From NCBI GenBank assembly GCA_963741955.1, contig CAVUKB010000005.1, positions 96,001 through 160,000 on the forward strand: 64,000 nt of DNA, in the 5' to 3' direction. This stretch comes from an uncultured Acidobacteriota bacterium (GTDB lineage Bacteria; Acidobacteriota; Thermoanaerobaculia; Gp7-AA8). Every line of letters begins with the position of its first letter. Position 1 is the stretch's first letter. Below are positions 58,260-64,000 of the stretch, one piece after another. Both the position numbers and the translations under genes were made by a program. The notes beneath the pieces are model-generated. The model saw nothing but the letters and a program-made list of their open reading frames with translations, was not told where the DNA came from and ran no database searches.

Positions 58260-59555
58260 ATGGGAAAGACCTACTTCATCGAGACTTGGGGCTGCCAGAT
58301 GAACGATCTGGACAGCCAGCGCTTCGCCGGACAGCTCCGGCTTCGCGGGTACACCCCCGTGGAGAACGAAACGGACGCGGACCTGATTCTTCTCAACACC
58401 TGCAGCATCCGCGACAAGTCGGAGCAGAAGGTGTACGGCCGCCTCGGCGCCATTCGCGAGCAGAAGAGCCGTGGAGCGATGATCGGCGTCTGCGGCTGCG
58501 TGGCGCAGCAGGAAGGGGAAGCACTCCTCAAACGTGCCCCCTACGTCGACTTCGTTCTCGGACCCGGGAACATCGGGAATCTCGACCGGGTGCTGAACGG
58601 CGAGACGCGGCTCGCACTCGACTTTCCGGAGGAGAGGAACTGGGATTATCTCGCAGTCGACCGTCCTTCGAAGGTTCGAGCCCAGATCACCGTCATCGAG
58701 GGGTGCAACAAGAACTGCACGTTCTGCATCGTTCCGACCACCCGCGGCCGGGAGATCTCCCGGCCGATGCGCGACATCCTCACGGAAGTTCGATACGAAA
58801 CCGGGAAGGGGAGGGTCGAGATCGAGCTCCTCGGCCAGACGGTCAACGCCTACCGCTGCCCCGAGAGCGGCGCAGGGTTCGCCGAGCTCCTCGAGGCCGT
58901 GGCAGAGATTCCGGATGTGCTCCGTCTGCGCTTCGTTACCTCGCATCCCGCGGAGGTCACCCCCCGGATGATCGAGGTGATGCGCGATCATCCGAATATC
59001 TGCCGTTTTCTTCATCTTCCGGTGCAGTCCGGTTCCTCGGCCGTCCTGAGGCGCATGAAGCGTCTCTACACGCGCGAGCGCTACCTCGAGCTCATCCACG
59101 AGATCCGGCGGGAGATCCCCGAAATGCATTTCTCGACCGACTTCATCGTGGGGTTCCCCGGTGAGACGGACGAGGATCTCGAAGCGACGCTCAGTCTGAT
59201 GCGCATCGTCCGCTTCGGATCGATATTTGCTTTCAAGTACTCTCCGCGCCCCGGAACGCCGGCTCTGCGGTTGCCGAACGTGGTATCCGACGAGATCGCG
59301 AGCGCACGTCTGACGAAAGTATTCGAGCTGCAGGAGGAGATCGAACGGGAGGCTCTGAGATCGCTGGTCGGCAAGGTGATTCCGGTCCTTTACGAGGGCC
59401 CGAGCCGCAATGACCAGCGGATGCTCTCCGGGCGGTCCGATCAGAAGTGGACGGTGAACTTCCGGGGGGATTCCTCAGTCCCGGTGGGAACGATGTTTCA
59501 GGTGCAGATCGAGGAAGCACTGCACCACTCGCTTCGAGGGGAGGCGATCCGATGA
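58260..59555 (+). CDS. miaB: tRNA-i6A37 methylthiotransferase MiaB
   Basis: TWGCQMN, NTCSIR, CNKNCTFC, TRAM-like C-terminus. Confidence 0.96.
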   Translation: MGKTYFIETWGCQMNDLDSQRFAGQLRLRGYTPVENETDADLILLNTCSIRDKSEQKVYGRLGAIREQKSRGAMIGVCGCVAQQEGEALLKRAPYVDFVLGPGNIGNLDRVLNGETRLALDFPEERNWDYLAVDRPSKVRAQITVIEGCNKNCTFCIVPTTRGREISRPMRDILTEVRYETGKGRVEIELLGQTVNAYRCPESGAGFAELLEAVAEIPDVLRLRFVTSHPAEVTPRMIEVMRDHPNICRFLHLPVQSGSSAVLRRMKRLYTRERYLELIHEIRREIPEMHFSTDFIVGFPGETDEDLEATLSLMRIVRFGSIFAFKYSPRPGTPALRLPNVVSDEIASARLTKVFELQEEIEREALRSLVGKVIPVLYEGPSRNDQRMLSGRSDQKWTVNFRGDSSVPVGTMFQVQIEEALHHSLRGEAIR

Positions 59556-60034
59556 CACTCGTACCGATGTCCATCAAGGGTCTGATGCTCGATCCGGTCT
59601 CGAACTCTCCGATCGTGGTTCTTCGGGACGGAGACGAGAAGATCTACCTTCCGATCTGGGTCGGGATCTTCGAAGCGAATGCCATCGCACTCCGCCTGGA
59701 GAACGTCGATACGCCCCGTCCCATGACCCACGACCTTCTGCGCAGCATCATCGACTCGCTCCAGGCGAGGGTACAGCGGGTGATCATCAACGATCTTCGC
59801 GACAGTACGTTCTTCGCCCGGATCGAGATGACCGTGGATGGAAAGAATCTCGATATCGACGCCCGGCCGAGCGACGCCATCGCTCTCGCCCTCCGGACCG
59901 ATTCCCCGATCTTCGTCGACCAGTCCGTGCTCGATCAGGCCCAGACGATCAGCCCCGAGGAGACTACCGACGACCGGCTGAAGAAGTGGTTCGAGAATCT
60001 GGGGCCCGACGACCTCGGGAAATACGAGATGTGA
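59552..60034 (+). CDS. bifunctional nuclease family protein (DUF151)
   Basis: LPIWVG.FEA, PRPMTHDL, DARPSDAIALA. Confidence 0.93.
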   Translation: MTLVPMSIKGLMLDPVSNSPIVVLRDGDEKIYLPIWVGIFEANAIALRLENVDTPRPMTHDLLRSIIDSLQARVQRVIINDLRDSTFFARIEMTVDGKNLDIDARPSDAIALALRTDSPIFVDQSVLDQAQTISPEETTDDRLKKWFENLGPDDLGKYEM

Positions 60035-60112
60035 CGGCACCGAGGATCGAGCATTTTGGATCGAGAATCCGAAGAGAGATGAACTATCATCGATCCACGA
60101 CCCACGATCACA

Positions 60113-60141
60113 TTGACCCGTCTCCGGCCACCTCTTAGAAT
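60113..60141 (+). promoter_or_regulatory. sigma70-type promoter of parAB
   Basis: TTGACC-N17-TAGAAT, 14 nt before parA ATG. Confidence 0.65.
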
Positions 60142-60155
60142 CGCCTCGCGAGCTC

Positions 60156-60911
60156 ATGATCATCACAGTTGCCAACCAGAAGGGTGGCGTCGGAAAGACG
60201 ACCACCACCATCAATCTTGCCGCGGCCGTCGCCAGCAAGGGATTCCGTACCCTGATCGTCGACCTCGATCCGCAGGCGAATTCGACGATGAGCTACGTCG
60301 ATCAGCGAGCGATCACCAGGTCGATGTTCGACGTACTCGTCTCCGAGGAGCTGACCCTGGAGGAGGTCGTGGTGCCGACCACGGTGGAGAACCTCTGGCT
60401 CGCTCCGTCGAAGATCGCGCTGGCGAAGCTCGAGTCGAAGCTGATCGGCGAGATCGACGGCCATTACCGCCTGAAGGACAAGATGGCACGCGCGGCGACC
60501 GAGTACGACTACATGTTCATCGACACGCCGCCGACGCTCGGGATGATCACCGTGAACGCTCTGGTTGCCTCGACGCACGTCCTGGTGCCCATCCAGTCGT
60601 CGTATTTCGCGCTGGAAGGGACGGACGACCTCCTGGAGACCATCGACAAGATCAAGGCGCGTCCGAATCCGACCCTTCAACTCCTGGGGGTGGTGATCAC
60701 CATGCATGACAAGCGGACCACTCTGGCCAGGGACATCCAGGACCAGATCGCGCAGGTCTTCGGCGACCGCCTTTTCCGGACCATGATCACCAAGTCGATT
60801 CGTCTGGAAGAGAGTCCGGCGTACAAGGAATCGATCTTCTCGTTCGCGCCGAAGTCGAGCGGCGCCATGGAGTACTACTCGCTGTCGGAAGAGATTCTCG
60901 CCAGAGTGTGA
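60156..60911 (+). CDS. parA: ParA/Soj family ATPase
   Basis: NQKGGVGKTTT, DLDPQAN, IDTPP. Confidence 0.95.
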   Translation: MIITVANQKGGVGKTTTTINLAAAVASKGFRTLIVDLDPQANSTMSYVDQRAITRSMFDVLVSEELTLEEVVVPTTVENLWLAPSKIALAKLESKLIGEIDGHYRLKDKMARAATEYDYMFIDTPPTLGMITVNALVASTHVLVPIQSSYFALEGTDDLLETIDKIKARPNPTLQLLGVVITMHDKRTTLARDIQDQIAQVFGDRLFRTMITKSIRLEESPAYKESIFSFAPKSSGAMEYYSLSEEILARV

Positions 60912-61756
60912 GCGGGGAGGAGGAACCGGTGAAACGCGGTCTGCCATCGCGAACGAAAATGCGGCACGACTCCCATTTCGTGGAGGAACTGGCGAAACGC
61001 TCCACCACCAGCGTCGGGGTGATGCTTCCGATCGACCGGATCGAAGTGAACCCCGACCAGCCCCGGACTCAGCTCGGGAACCTCGAGGAGTTGACCGCCT
61101 CGATCATCGAGAAGGGAGTTCTCGAGCCGATTCTCGTGCGGGCCATCGACGAAGCGACGTTCCAGATCATCTCCGGCGAGAGGCGATTTCGGGCAGCGAT
61201 GGCCGCCGGACTGGATGAGATCCCGGCGATCGAGCTCGACGTGGACGACCGCGAAGTGCTCGAGATCGCACTGATCGAGAACATCCAGCGGAAGGACCTG
61301 ACCCCGTTCGAAGAGGCGGAAGCCTTCCAGTTCCTGCAGGAGAAGTTCGACTACACCCACGAGAAGATCTCCCAGGTTCTCGGGAAGTCGCGGACCACGA
61401 TCACCGAGACACTCCAGCTGAACGACATCCCGGACCGGATCCGGATCCTCTGCCGCGAGGCGGGGATCTCGAGCAAGTCGGTTCTGGTCCAGATCGCGCG
61501 TGCGGGATCGAACGAAGCGATGGAGGAGATCGTCGCCCGCTTCGGTCGCGGTGATCTCACCCGGGAGCAGCTCCGGAAGGAGAAGAAGCCCGAGGTGACG
61601 AAGAAGGCGGGACGCCCGAAACACTTCAAGTATCAGTTGAAGGATCGCGCGCTTCCGTTCCGTCTCGACCTGACGTTCCGCAAGCCGAACGTCGAGAAGC
61701 GGGAGATCGTCGACGCACTCCGGCAGATCCTCGAGCGGCTCGAGTCGGAAGAGTAG
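60908..61756 (+). CDS. parB: ParB/Spo0J family CTPase, non-canonical DNA-binding region
   Basis: NPDQPR, GERRFRA, ENIQRKDL; HTH GKSRTTITETL; lacks the GHARAL segment of parS-binding ParB. Confidence 0.92.
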   Translation: MSGEEEPVKRGLPSRTKMRHDSHFVEELAKRSTTSVGVMLPIDRIEVNPDQPRTQLGNLEELTASIIEKGVLEPILVRAIDEATFQIISGERRFRAAMAAGLDEIPAIELDVDDREVLEIALIENIQRKDLTPFEEAEAFQFLQEKFDYTHEKISQVLGKSRTTITETLQLNDIPDRIRILCREAGISSKSVLVQIARAGSNEAMEEIVARFGRGDLTREQLRKEKKPEVTKKAGRPKHFKYQLKDRALPFRLDLTFRKPNVEKREIVDALRQILERLESEE

Positions 61757-61850
61757 AGCGCGCGACGCGCGCCCGGGGTCCTCCCGGGCCGTGGCCGAAA
61801 AGGCGGGAGTGATCTTCCGCACCGGAAAGCGGAAGCTCGTCGTTCGCTCC

Positions 61851-61886
61851 TGTCCGACCTGTCTGACATGTCGGACTTGTCCGAGA
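61851..61886. repeat. four tandem 9-bp TGTCnGA repeats
   Basis: TGTCCGACC TGTCTGACA TGTCGGACT TGTCCGAGA. Confidence 0.7.
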
Positions 61887-61914
61887 CGCCCGAGCGTTCC
61901 CCTCCGCGCGTAAT

Positions 61915-61942
61915 ATTTAACATAATCTATCTTATGAGACTC
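61915..61942 (-). other. dif: dif site (XerC/XerD chromosome dimer resolution site)
   Basis: Minus strand GAGTCTCATAA-GATAGA-TTATGTTAAAT versus E. coli GGTGCGCATAA-TGTATA-TTATGTTAAAT: XerD arm 11/11, XerC arm 7/11, 6-bp spacer; intergenic and AT-rich. Confidence 0.88.
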
Positions 61943-62128
61943 TGTGGAAATCTATGAAGAGGTGCTCCGAAGGCCCGTCCAACTCCCTCTCGCATCGCGA
62001 GTTGCCGTTCTCGAGTGCGAATTTCGACCGCCAGGCCGGTGTTGAATGCCAGCGAGTGGTGCCGATCTGCTGCTCCGGGAACTCTCGTTGCGCGATTTCG
62101 CCTCGCACCCGTTAGAATTCACCGGCCG

Positions 62129-64000
62129 ATGCGCATTCTCACCCGCTACATCATTCGGGAGATGACCACGCCGACCCTCCTGGGCTTCGGCTTCTACACG
62201 TTCATCATCCTCATGAAGACCATCTTCGAGCTCGCGGAGATGATCATCCGGCGCTCGCTCCCGTTCTCCACCGTGCTGAAACTCCTCGGGCTTTCGCTTC
62301 CGTGGATCGTGGTGCTGACCATTCCGATGTCGCTCCTGTTCGGGATCCTCATCGCGGTCGGACGGCTCTCGGCCGACTCGGAGATCATCGCCATGCGCGC
62401 CTCCGGAATCTCCACGAGCTCGATCTACCTCCCGGTCTTCCTCTTCTCGTTCGCGGTCTTCGGGGTGAACCTCTACCTGATGAATGTGGTCGTGCCGCAC
62501 GGCAACACGGCGCTCCAGTCGCTCAAGAGCCAGATCGTGAGCTCCGCGGTGGAACGGGAGATCAAGCCACACGTCTTCTACGACGAATTCGACAACCGGG
62601 TCATTTACGTCAACGACGTCGACCCGGCGGTGAACCTCTGGAAAGGCGTCTTCGTCTCCGACCGTTCCGAGAACGGGCGCCAGAAGGTCATCGTGGCTGA
62701 AAGCGGCCGCCTCTCGCGGCTCCATGGACAGGTCTGGCTCGACCTGTACAACGCCGAGACGCACGTCTACAGCCCCGAGAAACGCGACCGGTACGAAGTC
62801 AACCGCAACGCGATGCAGCGGGTTCTCCTGGTGGAGAGCTCCCCAGGGCCCGATCACGAACGCTCCCGTTCGTTCCGGGAGATGACCATCCCCGAGCTGG
62901 TGCGGGAGGTCCGTCATGCGCGGTCGGTCGACGACCCCATCGACGCCCGTCTCGCGTCGGTCGAGATCCACAAGAAGCTCTCGATCCCGTTTGCCTGCCT
63001 CGCCTTCGGAATCGTCGGACTCCCGCTCGGCATCACCAACCGCCGTGGGGGCAAGAGCTCCGGATTCTCCCTCAGTATCGGGATCATTCTTTTCTATTAC
63101 GTGATCATCAACGCCGGCGAAGACATGGCGCGTCAGGGCCGGATGCCGGCTTTTCTCGCGATGTGGATTCCGAATCTCGCGCTGATCCTCTTCGGGATCT
63201 ACCTCATACGCCGGGCGAATGCAGAGATGGGACGCCGGAGCCGCTTCCGCTTCGTCGAGCGTTTCAGTACATTCTTCTCACGAATCCGGGCCCGACGGCG
63301 GGAGGCGCGGAGCGCCGAGGATCGGCCTCCGCTCCTCTCTCGACTCGATATCGCCTTTCCGAACACCCTCGACCGCTACATCCTTCGCGAGTTCACGAAG
63401 ATCATGCTGATGGTCCTGATCTCGTCACTCCTCCTCTTCGTGATCGTCGACTACAGCACGGAGATCGCAGGAAACGTCACTGAGCACAAGATTCCACTCG
63501 CGGTGGTGGTCTCCTACTACCGCTACTTCGTGATCCAGATCCTCCACTGGGTCCTGCCGGTCTCGGTGCTGCTGGGGACGGTGATCACGTTCGGGATCTT
63601 CTCGAAAAACAACGAGGTGACGGCTGCGAAAGCGAACGGGATCTCGCTCTACCGGATCGCGTTGCCGGTCGTCATCGTCGCTGCCCTGATGAGCCTTCTG
63701 TCGTACACGATGCTCGATTTCGTCCTCCCGTACGCCAACGAGCGCGTGGCCCGGCTGAAAGATCAGATCGAAGGGAAACAGACCGCGCGCACCTTCTCCG
63801 TCCGGCAGCGGCAGTGGATCTTCGGGAAGGGCCGCTACATGTTCAACTTCCTCTCCTACGACCGGACGAACCAGACCCTCTCACAGGTCCAGGTGTTCGA
63901 GTTCGACCCGGTGTCGTTCCGGCTCACCCGCCGCGTCTGGGCCGAGGAAGCACGGTTCGACGGTGTCGGCTGGGTGTTCGTGGACGGCTGGATCCGTTCA
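62129..64000 (+). CDS. LptF-LptG fusion permease, 3'-truncated by window edge
   Basis: MRILTRYIIRE...RLSADSEIIAMRASG (LptF) then, in the same frame near 63362, NTLDRYILREF...KNNEVTAAKANG (LptG); TAGAAT 10 nt before ATG. Confidence 0.9.
   Translation, partial: MRILTRYIIREMTTPTLLGFGFYTFIILMKTIFELAEMIIRRSLPFSTVLKLLGLSLPWIVVLTIPMSLLFGILIAVGRLSADSEIIAMRASGISTSSIYLPVFLFSFAVFGVNLYLMNVVVPHGNTALQSLKSQIVSSAVEREIKPHVFYDEFDNRVIYVNDVDPAVNLWKGVFVSDRSENGRQKVIVAESGRLSRLHGQVWLDLYNAETHVYSPEKRDRYEVNRNAMQRVLLVESSPGPDHERSRSFREMTIPELVREVRHARSVDDPIDARLASVEIHKKLSIPFACLAFGIVGLPLGITNRRGGKSSGFSLSIGIILFYYVIINAGEDMARQGRMPAFLAMWIPNLALILFGIYLIRRANAEMGRRSRFRFVERFSTFFSRIRARRREARSAEDRPPLLSRLDIAFPNTLDRYILREFTKIMLMVLISSLLLFVIVDYSTEIAGNVTEHKIPLAVVVSYYRYFVIQILHWVLPVSVLLGTVITFGIFSKNNEVTAAKANGISLYRIALPVVIVAALMSLLSYTMLDFVLPYANERVARLKDQIEGKQTARTFSVRQRQWIFGKGRYMFNFLSYDRTNQTLSQVQVFEFDPVSFRLTRRVWAEEARFDGVGWVFVDGWIRS

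Overview
GC-rich bacterial chromosome segment, densely coding and almost all on the + strand after about 8.5 kb. Gene content and architectures (DUF4388 proteins, LptC/LptA-type and LptF-LptG fusions, rpoN-hpf-hprK-rapZ-PTS cluster) suggest Acidobacteriota, which is an inference. It is mostly housekeeping: acs, PBP1A, uvrB, uvrC, rnpB, recG, trpS-scpAB-rluB-cmk-rpsA-sppA-ihfB, lpxB-msbA, nth, yicC-gmk-rpoZ-coaBC, priA, accA, recJ, lptB-rpoN-hpf-hprK-rapZ-ptsH-ptsI, miaB. No prophage, IS transposase, CRISPR, rRNA or tRNA was seen. Signals the ORF track misses: (1) a dif site (XerD arm identical to E. coli) about 160 bp downstream of a non-canonical parA-parB pair, a candidate terminus-linked partition module; (2) a rhodanese lipoprotein with an in-frame TGA (CxU) and a SECIS-like hairpin, a probable exported selenoprotein; (3) three TAACC-N18-GG(T/A)TA palindromes at exact 38-bp period beside an ABATE/CGNR regulator, plus a possible fourth site upstream of trpS; (4) a CTAG-targeting palindromic MITE family whose ends supply stop codons and bracket a methyltransferase gene; (5) an LD-carboxypeptidase ORF with no canonical start outside RNase P RNA; (6) several apparently leaderless genes. 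All calls come from reading motifs by eye; no database search was run.
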